A stretch of DNA of 62,984 bases, filler included, from Globobulimina sp. (taxonomy: Eukaryota): the NCBI GenBank assembly GCA_003354225.1. It is 45 parts of 45 records of this genome, joined end to end, with 100 filler letters (N's around TTAATTAATTAA, not from the genome) between each part and the next. Parts side by side here need not be neighbours in the genome. Positions count along the whole stretch, not along the records: positions 11,224 to 12,525 come from PIVH01019073.1; positions 12,626 to 13,927 come from PIVH01019074.1; positions 14,028 to 15,329 come from PIVH01019075.1; positions 15,430 to 16,731 come from PIVH01019076.1; positions 16,832 to 18,133 come from PIVH01019077.1; positions 18,234 to 19,535 come from PIVH01019078.1; positions 19,636 to 20,937 come from PIVH01019079.1; positions 21,038 to 22,339 come from PIVH01019080.1; 37 more parts are not named here. The stretch is one strand, 5' to 3'. The position numbers and the translations under genes are program-made. Below, piece after piece: positions 11,660 to 23,841 of this stretch; position 1 is the first letter of the stretch; every line of letters begins with the position of its first letter. The notes below the pieces were generated by a model, which worked only from the letters and a program-made list of their open reading frames with translations, was not told where the DNA came from and did not search any database.

Positions 11660-12525
11660 TGACACCATCAGTTAACGCATAATATACTGACTCCGATCTT
11701 GTTACATCATCGGTTTTTCCATATTGTCTGTTTCAGACATCGTGACACCATCGATCATTGCATAATACATATTATCCATTTAAACTCTCATGACGCCATC
11801 GGTTATATTGTATTTTCTTTTTCAGATCTTGCCATAACATTAGTTATTACATATTACCTGTTTTCAGATCTCATGGCACCTTAGGTTATTGCATATTATC
11901 AGTTTTCAGGTCAAGTGGTGATACTATGGTTATTGATTATAATCAGGTTCCAGATTTCATGATCCACCTGTCCTGTTGTCTGTCCTATGTATGTCATGAT
12001 AACATTGGTATTGTTTATGATGCCGGTTGTTCATATATTGTGAATTCAGCAGTTCGTTTTGCTTATTCTACAATTTCAGACTTCGTGACAAGATCAGAGT
12101 TCTTAATGATGTTGTTTGTTAACTAACTTTCAGATTTCGCGACAACAGCAGTTATCACTTTACTCTCAATTTTCCGATCTCGTGATCCGTCCATCAGCTA
12201 TTGCTTATTACATTAATTAATTTCAGATTTTGTGACACCAACATTTATTGCTTGCTATCTGTGTTCCAATGTACTTTTACATCCATCAGTTGTTGATTGT
12301 TATTTATTATCCTATATCATATGACATGACATCATTAGTTATTGGGTATTATCTGTATTCCGATCTCCATATGCCATCTGTCATTGTTTATTATCTGTTT
12401 TTGAGTTCGTGTTATCAGAGTTTTCTATTATAGCTCATTGTCTTTTTATATTTATTCTCAGCTGCTTCACAGCTTTATTATCTGTTTTTCAGATCACATG
12501 ATATGATCAGTTATCAATGCAGTCA
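11660..12525. repeat. Degenerate ~42-bp tandem repeat
   Basis: Recurring unit approximating TTTCAGATCTCGTGACACCATCAGTTATTGCATATTATCTGT. Confidence 0.8.
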
Positions 12526-12928
12526 NNNNNNNNNNNNNNNNNNNNNNNNNNNNNNNNNNNNNNNNNNNNTTAATTAATTAANNNNNNNNNNNNNNNNNNN
12601 NNNNNNNNNNNNNNNNNNNNNNNNNTTATGGAGATTGCGGATTTAAATTAGTCGGTGAATCGGATTTAGATCATGGTAAAGACAAATGGTATGAAATGGC
12701 AATTGAGATTATACATGACAGCAAACTGAAAACTGTTTTTGACCCTCAAAATTGAGTCTGTAATTTCTGCTCTAAAATGCCAGCCAGTTCTCAAAATGCC
12801 AGCCAAATGTTGCGTTTTCAAAGCAACCAGTTTTAACAGTCAAGTTCAGCGACTTTCCTTTAACAAACAAACAAACAACAGTCGCATTAAACAATCAACA
12901 AAAGTATAAATCATTTAAACTTATACAA

Positions 12929-13084
12929 TTGACTTTCGGGTTAGTTAGAGTGGTTTTCAACTTTGAATACTATGATTCGAAACCTAGGTCAACTTCAAAT
13001 ACTAGGTTGAAAACCACTCTAGCTAACCCAAAAACCTTGCCATTCACAAAAGAAGTGTTTAGAAGTTTAAGCCTAAAAAGTCAA
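12929..13084. mobile_element. MITE-like dispersed repeat with short terminal and 24-bp internal inverted repeats
   Basis: Ends TTGACTTT...AAAGTCAA; 12938-12961 pairs with 13006-13029 (1 mismatch); second copy at 11019-11123. Confidence 0.75.
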
Positions 13085-13322
13085 GTACTTTTTATGTTGT
13101 TTATTCAAAACGTTATAATAGGTTCTGTGGGGATAAGTGTTTTGAGTGATGAAGGTAGAGGATTATACTGGGAAAATAAAATAACCCCTCAATGGGAGTC
13201 AAAATGACACATACTGTAAATATATTATCTTTGATGCTATTTTTCTATCCTCGCACATAAAGCGGGGTGTGAGGATAGATAGAAAATAAATCAAACAAAA
13301 CTTGAGCTACTTTAAGACAAGC

Positions 13323-13927
13323 ATGGAACACACATACAGAGATAACTGGGTCAGCAATCCTACAGTTTCGAGGAGCTCATTATCTCGTACCCACTCTTCC
13401 TTATTCCATAGACCTGAATTATTGCGGCAGAATACTCAATACAGTAAATATTCTCCACGCGCAAAAAACTCAGAATTACATTCAAATGATAAAGATGATG
13501 ATAGTCATGATACCAAATCATCAGATACTATTATTGATATATCAGATGATCATATCACGCCGGATTGGTACCATCTAGCTTTGATTCGAATGGAGTCCAA
13601 ACAAGACAGTGTAGCACAGAAAATGCCTAAATTATCTCGTCAAACATCAGTGGCCGACATTGAAATTGAAAAAACATGTTCTATGATTGAAACCGCCTGC
13701 AAATTACGCAAGAAATGGTTATATGCAAATATAAAACAACACGGACATATTGGCTCATTGGTTCATGAGAAAGATATATCATTGGATGTTGACAGAATGA
13801 GGCATATTTTACCCAAATCATTGCAAACCAAATATTCTTTTGAATTTATAGATGGAGTGACTAGAATATATACGCAAGAAAGTGAAATATTCGAATTATA
13901 TTCCTTTGATGAATACATTGAAGATTT
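13323..13927 (+). CDS. AMP deaminase, N-terminal region (partial)
   Basis: EKTCSMIETACKLRKKWLY...YSFEFIDGVTRIY...SFDEYIED matches the segment preceding the AMP deaminase catalytic barrel; the catalytic domain is beyond the contig end. Confidence 0.65.
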
Positions 13928-14135
13928 NNNNNNNNNNNNNNNNNNNNNNNNNNNNNNNNNNNNNNNNNNNNTTAATTAATTAANNNNNNNNNNNNNNNNN
14001 NNNNNNNNNNNNNNNNNNNNNNNNNNNCTCCAAAATATATTTCAATGTCCTGTGGTTGTTTTGACGTAAATTTAAATCATAATTTGAGCGTCAACCTCAA
14101 CAAAATTAAAAAGACTTTGCATTATTTATTGTAAG

Positions 14136-14939
14136 ATGAGTACAGAGAGCATATACAATTTGATTCAATTAAAGGAAAGAAAGCCAGTGAAAGATGCAAT
14201 GTATCATAGTAAATATCCGTGCAATTTGCCACCGACCGCGTCCACCTTTGGCGCCACAATGACGACGGCTGTGCATTGCACGAATATGGATGGCAAATTG
14301 GAATGGAATCCGGTTCGAAATCATATCCGAGAACAAGCAACTTTCGGTCCACCGAGGAACGGGAAACGTAAACCAAAGCCGGATATGTTTTTAAAAGGCG
14401 GCGAAAACGCAAAACAATTACCAGAACCAATCAAATTTAATTATCAAAATAACAGAAAACCAAAAATACCAAAAACACAGCAAACAGCAAACAAGGCAGT
14501 CGCTACAAGCAAGAATTTTGTGGTTTGTAATGCCATCGAAAATATGTTAAGCAAAGCAAATAAAGCAAATAAGGAAAATTGTAATGCAAATTATAAACAT
14601 GCGGAATATGGAAAGATCCCGTCGTATTTAGCCAGAATAAAACAAGAAATAGATTTGGAATATCAGAGCATTGCAGCCATCAAAGCAGAAAAGGAGCAAC
14701 GCAAAAAATCAAAGACTGCTCATATTCAGTTATTGGCAGAAGAGGAAAGAGTGAAATTGTTGGATAATATGAAGGAGAAATGGGATAAAATCAACCATCA
14801 ATATCAGCAAATGACACACTTAGTTTATTTGGATACAATCTCGAAAGTTAAACGAAAAGAACACTTTGAATCTGAATTACAAATTTTAGAAAAAGATATT
14901 GCAAAATTAAGCAAAAAAAATGTTTTCATTAAGTATTAA
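14136..14939 (+). CDS. ENKUR: Enkurin (axonemal microtubule inner protein)
   Basis: ESIYNLI, KNFVVCNA, YGKIPSYL and C-terminal EERVKLLDNMKEKWDKINHQYQQM...DTISKVKRKEHFESELQILEKDIAKL; complete and intronless. Confidence 0.92.
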   Translation: MSTESIYNLIQLKERKPVKDAMYHSKYPCNLPPTASTFGATMTTAVHCTNMDGKLEWNPVRNHIREQATFGPPRNGKRKPKPDMFLKGGENAKQLPEPIKFNYQNNRKPKIPKTQQTANKAVATSKNFVVCNAIENMLSKANKANKENCNANYKHAEYGKIPSYLARIKQEIDLEYQSIAAIKAEKEQRKKSKTAHIQLLAEEERVKLLDNMKEKWDKINHQYQQMTHLVYLDTISKVKRKEHFESELQILEKDIAKLSKKNVFIKY

Positions 14940-15828
14940 AAACTAAACTTGCGTTAAATTAAACAGCCGGCTTTTGACATTTGTCGGTGATGATATTCGT
15001 AACATATACATTTGCGATAAAAGTAAATTTTGCATACAATTTTTGTCCCGAATTCCTTTGAACGTTTCATTTTCTCTGTTGATAGCCACTCTTTTGTTTT
15101 CTTCCGCTTTTATTATCATCTGAGTCCGAGTCAGAACGGTCTTTATCAGCAAAAATGTCACCATGTTTGTTTCATATCGTCCAGAAAACACGTTTCATAG
15201 TGAAGTAAATTGCAAGTGCAAGGATATTGTCATCAAAAAAAGGATAAATTTAAAAAATATAAATATTATTAACATATATAAAAATATAACATAGAAATAA
15301 AAACAATATTTTATAAAAAAAAAAAGATCNNNNNNNNNNNNNNNNNNNNNNNNNNNNNNNNNNNNNNNNNNNNTTAATTAATTAANNNNNNNNNNNNNNN
15401 NNNNNNNNNNNNNNNNNNNNNNNNNNNNNTATATATTCAATATATAATATATAATATTTATTTTGCGCGATACTAACAATAATGCCATCAATAGATTACG
15501 ATGTGAGACTGGCATAGAGACGCTTTGCAAGGTGTTTGATAAGATCAGCACTTTAAAAAAAAACCTTTTCAAACAGAAAAAAAAAACAGTACATATCGGA
15601 CACCCCTAATGAGTAATCCCATGACTGCATGTTTGTGTATGATTGGTTTAAACTTGAGATGAGCAACGTTTCTGTACCTATTTATTTGTTGTCGGAGCGT
15701 TTCATGCAAGCCATGAACAGAACACTTATTTAAGCAGGTTTTAATCTTAGGTCCTGAAATGCGTAGTAGTGAGTACTGTGAGTATCAAATTAATTGCACA
15801 AAAAGAAAGAAAAAGTACACCGAAAGAA

Positions 15829-16731
15829 TCATCTAAATATTCTTCGGACTCTGCGTCCATCATCTTCTTTCGAATCAATTTTACAATGTAAACCAAAATA
15901 TATTAAATCACGCAAAGAATATAAAGTATGCCATTTCTGAATTGATTCTCGTTTATCAAAAAATTCAACATAACCAGTCGCAGTTCGATCATTTAACGGC
16001 TTTAAATTACATCTATTTCCCGCACATAACAATATACCACAGCCATTTGGATTTATTTTCGGCTCTCTATAGACCCAAATCGATGGTAAAAACTGATGGT
16101 TGTGTTGTGTGGATGGCAATTTATACCATTTATTCTTATAAAATGAGTATTCTTCCACCAATTTTGCTTCTGGATATCCACCAATTATAATCATACAATT
16201 CTGATTAATTCCGTTGCCATTCTCACAATAACAACACCCCGCACTTTGATGTCTATACATTGATTTCGGCAAATCCTGCCATTGATTACTATAAAAATCA
16301 TACAATTCACACCATTTTAAGGATTCTCCATCGTTATATCCACCGCATACAAATATATATTCACGTTTATCATTACCATGTTCCGTCTCTCTCTCATTGC
16401 CAATGAATGAAGTCACCGCTAAATTTGTTCTGGCCCTCTTCATTGATTTCAATTTCTTCCATTTTAACTCTTTATAATTATACTTCTCCTCTTCCTTACC
16501 ATCCTCATCATGTCTATCTACACCAAATGGTAATTGGTATAATGTGTCCGTAACAGCCGGTGATTCACCGCCAATTACCATCAATCCATAATTATTTGAG
16601 TATATACAACCGCATCCTGACGAACATGAAGGCAAATCTATTTTAGAAGTTGCCGAGTCTGGGATATAATAGGAATAATTTACAGAATTAGGGAATATGT
16701 GGAAACATCCAGAATGCGCCGAGCATATTAT
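15829..16731 (-). CDS. Kelch-repeat beta-propeller protein (5'-partial)
   Basis: LMVIGG, IFVCGGYNDGESLKWCELYDFYSNQW and IIIGG...VEEYSFYKNKW. Confidence 0.9.
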   Translation of the reverse strand: MICSAHSGCFHIFPNSVNYSYYIPDSATSKIDLPSCSSGCGCIYSNNYGLMVIGGESPAVTDTLYQLPFGVDRHDEDGKEEEKYNYKELKWKKLKSMKRARTNLAVTSFIGNERETEHGNDKREYIFVCGGYNDGESLKWCELYDFYSNQWQDLPKSMYRHQSAGCCYCENGNGINQNCMIIIGGYPEAKLVEEYSFYKNKWYKLPSTQHNHQFLPSIWVYREPKINPNGCGILLCAGNRCNLKPLNDRTATGYVEFFDKRESIQKWHTLYSLRDLIYFGLHCKIDSKEDDGRRVRRIFR

Positions 16732-16831
16732 NNNNNNNNNNNNNNNNNNNNNNNNNNNNNNNNNNNNNNNNNNNNTTAATTAATTAANNNNNNNNNNNNN
16801 NNNNNNNNNNNNNNNNNNNNNNNNNNNNNNN

Positions 16832-18103
16832 AATATCATAGTGAGCACCAACTCCATATCTCCTATTATTATATTCCCGATTATTATTATCCTCCACAGT
16901 GTCAACAGTGTCAACTCTTACATTTCGCCCAAATGACTTTAATAAAAGCTCTTGTTGCTTAACAAAAGAATCATAGTCATCCTCCTTATTATCTATACAT
17001 TGCGGAGAGTCAATCATCCATTCATATTCATGCTGCGCCAACGAACGAAATTGCATCTCTTCAAACTGTGCTATTTCAACCACCGACGCTTGCTTTCTAT
17101 TTTCATCCTTATTATTCTTATTATCCTTCGTCGCTGCTGGTCGAATTGCTTTCTTTTTCCTCTCTTTCGGTCTTTGTTGAGCAGTCCAGGCATTCCTTAA
17201 AAAAAACACATATCATTTCGATATATATAAAAAAAATAAAATATGTAACTGGCTCTCTTGATATTGCACATATTTGCCATGTCTCTTTTGTTTCTGTTCA
17301 TTGTCATATTGATTCTTTTGTACGTTCAATATATCCGACAAAGACCCGAATGGTGCATTAGGCTTTGAATTTTGATTCGTTTTTGCATCGACATCCTTTA
17401 AATCCCACACATCATTTTTCAATGTGGACAGCTTTTGCTCCAACAACTTTTTCTCCCTATTCCTGCGGACCACGTCAATCGGAGATAATGTCGCTGTTTC
17501 TTCATTGCTTGCATTTGGTGCAATGTTTTGTTGTGTTGGTGACTTTGTGTTGGGTGGCGACGGCCGCGCAAATCTCGGATTTTTGTTTAATTTTGGTGTC
17601 GGATTAAGACTCGTTTTGGGTTTATTTTTATTGTGGGTCTGCTGCGAAACTTTCTTTCTTTTCCTTCGTTTTGCTGCACCGCTTACAGTTACATTGCATT
17701 TTGGGCTATTTTTTTTATTTTGATGTTGGCTTAATTTCTTTTTCTGTTTTTTATCCATTTTACGCGCTTTTTTCGCATCTTCAAGAATAGCATCGGCAAC
17801 GTCGAATTCTCTGTAAATAACACCTTTTGTCTGTCTTTTACGTTTTGGTTTGTTATACAAATCATAATCAAAAGAGAAGGAAAATCCGATTTTAGTTTCC
17901 AATTTCCGTTTATTTGAATCATGCGAATTTTGTAAATACACATGTTTTAAATATTTATCCGCATCAAATGCGTCGGCAATGCCCATGGCAATGAACTTTT
18001 TATCAGTTTTGAATTTCTTTTTATTTTTTTTGTGGTGATGGCCAAATGTGTACATGTTGTAATTATTCCTTTTTTTCTGTTTTCTTTTCCATTTTTGCAT
18101 CAT
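16832..18103 (-). CDS. Lys-rich low-complexity protein, function unknown (spliced)
   Basis: Two long same-strand ORFs separated by an AT-rich intron-like segment near 17195-17250. Confidence 0.5.
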
Positions 18104-18233
18104 TTGAATGTTTGGAAATTGTTCGGGATTCGCNNNNNNNNNNNNNNNNNNNNNNNNNNNNNNNNNNNNNNNNNNNNTTAATTAATTAANNNNNNNNNNN
18201 NNNNNNNNNNNNNNNNNNNNNNNNNNNNNNNNN

Positions 18234-18533
18234 TATTTTTGATGTTATTTCATGTAATTCAGCATATTTGGTGAGATATGAAATGAGTTCCACACTTGTT
18301 TTATATTTGGAATAGCCATACACCAAACCTTTATCATATGGTAAATCATGCCATGGCGTATGTAATTGCATGCGATCATAAGTGCAAGATTTCCAAAAAT
18401 ACGCACAACAGTCTCCCTTTTCGAGTATAATAAAATTCTGTATTCCAAATGTTTTCAAGCCAGCACCGCATGCTAATCCACTCAATCCTGCACCAATTAC
18501 AATAACATCATAAACATCATCCTGAAATGCCAT
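18234..18533 (-). CDS. Flavin-containing monooxygenase, N-terminus (YUCCA-like class B FMO)
   Basis: DVIVIGAGLSGLA FAD-binding motif followed by ILEKGDCCAYFWKSCTYDRMQLHTP. Confidence 0.85.
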
Positions 18534-18583
18534 TATTTGGTGCTAAAAGTTTTTTTTTTCCTTTTATACAATAGCAACATCAT

Positions 18584-19488
18584 ATGATGAGCAAACAGAA
18601 AGAAGTATTGTATGAAGTATTAGATGGAGGTATCGCATTGATAACATTAAATCGTCCAAATCGTACGAATGCCATAACAAGAACATTAATGACATTATAT
18701 TTTGATTATTTATTTCAAGCAAATAAAGACAACAATGTTAAAGCCATTATAGTTACTGGTAAAGGAAGAGGTACATTATATATAACATAAGTTATTTGCA
18801 GATTATATATAAATAATTATTATTTACAATATGATACATAGCATTCTGTGTCGGTGCAGATTTTAAATTATTGAAAGCAATTCAAAACGAAGCAATTGCC
18901 AAACCAGCACAAAGTGACCATGCCTATATTTGGCATACGCGGCAAATCCGCGCATTAGATATCGACAAACCAATTATATGCTGTATCAATGGCGCCTGTG
19001 CTGGATTAGGATTTGTCACAGCAATGTTTTGTGATATTCGTTTTGTAGTAAATGGTGCTAAAATAACCAGTTCGTTTGCGAAAAGAGGCTTGGTGGCGGA
19101 GCATGGAATAAGTTTTATATTGCCTCGAATTGTTGGCATGTCCAATGCATTGGATATTTTGTGCAGTTCGCGCATCATTTATGCACAAGAAGCGTTACAA
19201 ATGGGTTTGGTCTCAAAAGTATTTGATACGCGACAGGAAATGATGCGATATGCATTGCAGTATACACGTGATATTGCTCGGTGGTGTTCGCCGGCGGCGA
19301 TGGCTGATATTAAAAAACAAGTTTTTAAAAATTTATTAGACTCTGCAGAAACATCTTGGAAGGAAGCTCAAAGTTTAATGTTGCAAAGTTTTAAACATCC
19401 GGACTTTAAAGAAGGTGTTGATAGCTTTCTTGAAAAGAGATATCCCAAATGGGAAGGATTAAATTTTGGGAGGATTAGTAAATTATAA
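18584..19488 (+). CDS. Enoyl-CoA hydratase/isomerase (crotonase) family protein; intron 18771-18841
   Basis: ITLNRPNRTNA, spliced GKGR-AFCVGAD, KPIICCINGACAGLG and DFKEGVDSFLEKRYPKW; complete gene. Confidence 0.95.
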
Positions 19489-19635
19489 TTCACCTATTAA
19501 TGATTAATAAGTCAGCATTCAGTTGATGTGCAATTNNNNNNNNNNNNNNNNNNNNNNNNNNNNNNNNNNNNNNNNNNNNTTAATTAATTAANNNNNNNNN
19601 NNNNNNNNNNNNNNNNNNNNNNNNNNNNNNNNNNN

Positions 19636-20937
19636 GATATAACGATTCTTGTATTTGTGCCGACGTCTTACACCAAATTTGATAATCTAAAATTAAATGT
19701 TTGACCACTAATGAATTACACAACAAAGTGGATTCTTCCGTCGATATAAATCTATCACAATTGGATAATCCTTTATCATTTGGTAACAAATATCTGCGTT
19801 CAATCACAATGGGCAATTCCAATATGGTTTTGCCGCTTCGATGTAACAATTCATAATCCAATGTGACAGATACATCAACATTATGTCCACCATTTAATTC
19901 AAGATCGGATGAATAGGTGCGGCCAAAACCTTGTTCAGGCAATGAGGCCATGGAAGAATAGGACGCAGTTTGCGAATGCTGATGATTTATTATTGTGTTT
20001 TGATCATCGATTAGATTTAAATTGGACATTGATGAATGTATACGAGATTTATACGATTGTTGAGCTTCACCAACGTGATTATAAATGGTTCTCTCCGGGT
20101 CAGATATTCCAACACTACGCGTATGATTAAAATTTGTTTTTATATGATTCCTCATAAAATTACTATGTTCGTTAATAGCTAAACTACAAATAACATCCAC
20201 CATATCGCGTGTAATCAAATGCGACTTCTCTTTTAAAATACTACCTAATATTTCATATCCGCCCAGTCGCGCCATATCCATTAAATTGCGTGGATTATTC
20301 ACTAAGAATGCAGCTAATAACGCACAATGTTCATGCAATTGTTGCGGTGTTCTGGATCTAGCCACAAATTCAAACATATTTTCAATGCCACCACAGCATC
20401 GGATTGAATCTTCAATGGCCAAGGGACGAATACAGGTCACCCCACCAGCCAGATAACCATAGGGATGTTGGTGAGAGAAAGGTGCGTTCATATCATGCGA
20501 GGTATTCTTGACAATGCCACCCGGCGTAGTTAACCCAGCGATACTAAAGATTTCTTCAATGGGTGTTTTATTTTTATGTTTATTTTTATGATGATGATGG
20601 GTATGGGGGTCTACATTTAATTGCGATTGGATTAATTTCTTTTTGATTTCACTGTATGAATCACAACAATGCGGATGAAAGGAAAAGGCAATTTTGGGTA
20701 ATGGTTCTGTAGCATTTGGTACATGCGTCCGTCGCTCCTCGTTTTCCTGCATATAGGCAAAGGCCCGCGCGGGGTGAAATATTCCCGCATATTCCATGCC
20801 AAATGAATGGATGGCGGATACTTGCGATTGGGTTAAGGTGCCATTGAACACAAAGAGTGGGCCCAACCACCATATCACACATTGTTTACGCAATAAATGC
20901 GATTTATCCAAACCCATTTTTAATTTAAATTTTCTAG
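19636..20937 (-). CDS. BEACH-domain family protein (WDFY3/LYST/neurobeachin-like), internal fragment
   Basis: IRCCGGIENMFEFV...LAAFLVNNPRNLMDMARLGGYEILGSILKEK and HLILDYQIW. Confidence 0.7.
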
Positions 20938-21704
20938 NNNNNNNNNNNNNNNNNNNNNNNNNNNNNNNNNNNNNNNNNNNNTTAATTAATTAANNNNNNN
21001 NNNNNNNNNNNNNNNNNNNNNNNNNNNNNNNNNNNNNAGAGACCAACAATAAAGTCAACACACAATCAGTGATTTTGACGCAAATAATACTCGTGGCCCT
21101 TTAACGCCCACTCAAACTGAATTTGATATTCATGAAATTACCAAAATTCGATGACAAAAATATTTTATTTAATTTACAACCAGTCAATAAATATAGTAAT
21201 TTCTTGCTTGTAATCGAAAAGTCAACATGCTGGCTGTCTGTGTACTTGTGAGCGTGAGCATTTTTGATATTTTATTCAAATTCAAGTCATGCAAACAAAA
21301 ATAATTAAGAAATCTTAATTTAATTTCCCTAGATTTCATATCAATGTTTGTAAATCCACAATGTGCTAAATTGGAATACTGAATTACTGTCAATGAATGC
21401 TTGGATATCTCTGTTTAATTCGATCGCATATCATATTGTTCTCAAAAACGCAGACATTGATTGATTGATGTTACATACATCGAATGTCCATCGATCACAG
21501 TTTGCCTAGAATGAAAAATTTCTTACTTTATTTCTTTATATACAATATACATATACAGTATACACAATATACAATATACAATATACAATATACATTATAA
21601 TTATATACAATAAACAGTTTTTACTCGAACATTTAAATTAAAGTTTTCATCCTTAGTACGTAGTCACAACATGTCAAAGTCATTCACATCAATCGAGTAT
21701 GTAA

Positions 21705-21844
21705 GGGAATGTTCTAGTATTACGTAATTGGAATTGATACCTAGGACCTAGGTGTCGTTAATTGTAATAAATTGTAATAAATTGTAATTGATGACACCTA
21801 GGTCCTAGGTATCAATTCTAATTACGTAATACTAGAACATTCCC
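21705..21844. mobile_element. Tourist-like (PIF/Harbinger-type) MITE, 140 bp
   Basis: 59-bp terminal inverted repeats (3 mismatches) starting GGGAATG, flanked by TAA on both sides. Confidence 0.8.
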
Positions 21845-22099
21845 TAATGTATGTATGTATCTCATTAAATGTATGATTTATTGCACCGCTTTAAATGTAT
21901 GATTTATATGCACATATACAATTTTTTTAATGAGTCACATATATAATCTGAATTGTATGCACATGTAGATCATAATTATCAAGCGTCGGAATTTAAAGCA
22001 AGTACAAATAATTCCTATCAACACGTACCTAAATTCAATGTGCCAATCCCTTTGAATAAATCCATTAACACTCAATATACACATACACAATATACACAT

Positions 22100-22339
22100 A
22101 CACAATTCGTAATTGGTTGCAAAAAATTTACCACAATGATGACACTGCAAATTCTTAATTCTGTTCTTTCTTGGTCGACCACGACCTCTCTTTTTGTGTA
22201 TTTGTGTGCTTGTAATAGGTGGCGGTATCGCGTCCATGCTCGGTCCATCTGAACTGGATGCGGTGTCAGGCGATGTCATCTTATTTGCGATCGAATCGTG
22301 TTTAGAAGATATTGACGCGAAATTTACTGAATTCGCTGC
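22100..22339 (-). CDS. AT-hook plus zinc-finger-like exon (partial)
   Basis: KKRGRGRPRK followed by CHHCGKFF, then a GTATGT donor. Confidence 0.7.
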
Positions 22340-23269
22340 NNNNNNNNNNNNNNNNNNNNNNNNNNNNNNNNNNNNNNNNNNNNTTAATTAATTAANNNNN
22401 NNNNNNNNNNNNNNNNNNNNNNNNNNNNNNNNNNNNNNNAAAAAACTTACTTTAAAAAAATAGTACAGTATATTATTGGCCTCGAAAAGTATAAAATACG
22501 CGATGCAAAAAGGGGGCGGTGGTGGAGTCAAAAAATGAATTACAGAAATGTCAGGTCTTTTGGCAGGAAAAGTCAGGAAAAAGTCAGGATTCTCGACTTT
22601 CGAAAATCGATAAGCAGTATGGAGAAATAATTCTCCTATTTTTATTGAAATGTTCGTACATTTTCACAGCCGCATTTGAGTAAATCCAGTTTTGGTTAAG
22701 TTTCATTATTACAATAAGGTATACATTTCCAGTTTAATGATATAGCAATGTTTGAGATCTAGTCAAACATACATATTGTATTTTGTACAGTATAATAGTA
22801 TAACAAGAGTGGATCTTTGCAACAACCTAACTGTATTTTTTGGAGTGGTCAAAAATTGATTGGCCCACCAGAACCCATGACGAAACGGAGTCTGACTGAA
22901 TAAACTTTTCATTTATGAAATCGTCAGAACCATATGTAGGTACATACTGTATATACCTACATACAGAAGTGTTCAGCTCAGCCCGCAAACCAAAACTTGG
23001 CCCAAGGAAACGACCTGAATGACGTTAGATTGAAATTATTTTCATGTGGTGTATTGTACATGTATGTACAGTTACAGTTTATTTTATTTACAATTTTCAT
23101 CAAAACAGTCGCAACTTTAAATCATTGAAAAACTGGTGGGGCAACACATACACTTTTATAATAATATTAACTACAACAAATATTTTCATTTTGATCACCA
23201 AAACACGAATACAAAATTTTACAAAAAATAGTTTACAAGATTTAAAATTCACTAGAAGATACGAAACAT

Positions 23270-23505
23270 ACTCTGAAACGGTCGCCGTTCTTATTTTTCA
23301 ATCTAAATCCATCACCAACTAAGGAGAAAAAGCATTGTATATTGTTCATGGAACAAAAACCAGATACATCTCTTTTCAAGTCCATCAGCGATTGCGGTTC
23401 TTCATGGCCTTTTATTGGTCGAATGGCCAAACTCCCAAGTAAAAAGTATCGACTTATTTCTCCGCTGTTTGCTTCTTTGTAGAAGGATTTGATTATGGAA
23501 ATTAC
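23270..23505 (-). CDS. Probable internal exon of an unknown protein
   Basis: Open frame VISIIKSFYKE...NGDRFR bounded by a TTTAG acceptor and a GTATGT donor. Confidence 0.4.
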
Positions 23506-23841
23506 CTAAACAAGGACTAATGGATTAACATTACAGTACATCATACTGTACACTATCATGTTGTACTAACCATATGTTATTCAGTATGCCGAATCCGTGC
23601 CAGATACTTTTTGTGCCAGATAACATCGATATAATACTGTACTTATAAATGCCAGACGTGTTATCACCATACATACATCCATCGAGAGCTAATAAAATTT
23701 GCCGAATTTTATGCGATCAAAATAAAAATTGAAACCGAACGNNNNNNNNNNNNNNNNNNNNNNNNNNNNNNNNNNNNNNNNNNNNTTAATTAATTAANNN
23801 NNNNNNNNNNNNNNNNNNNNNNNNNNNNNNNNNNNNNNNNN

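Noticed and set aside
22545..22620. AAAAGTCAGGA repeats resembling a DNA-transposon end
   Set aside because: No partner inverted repeat or second copy in the window
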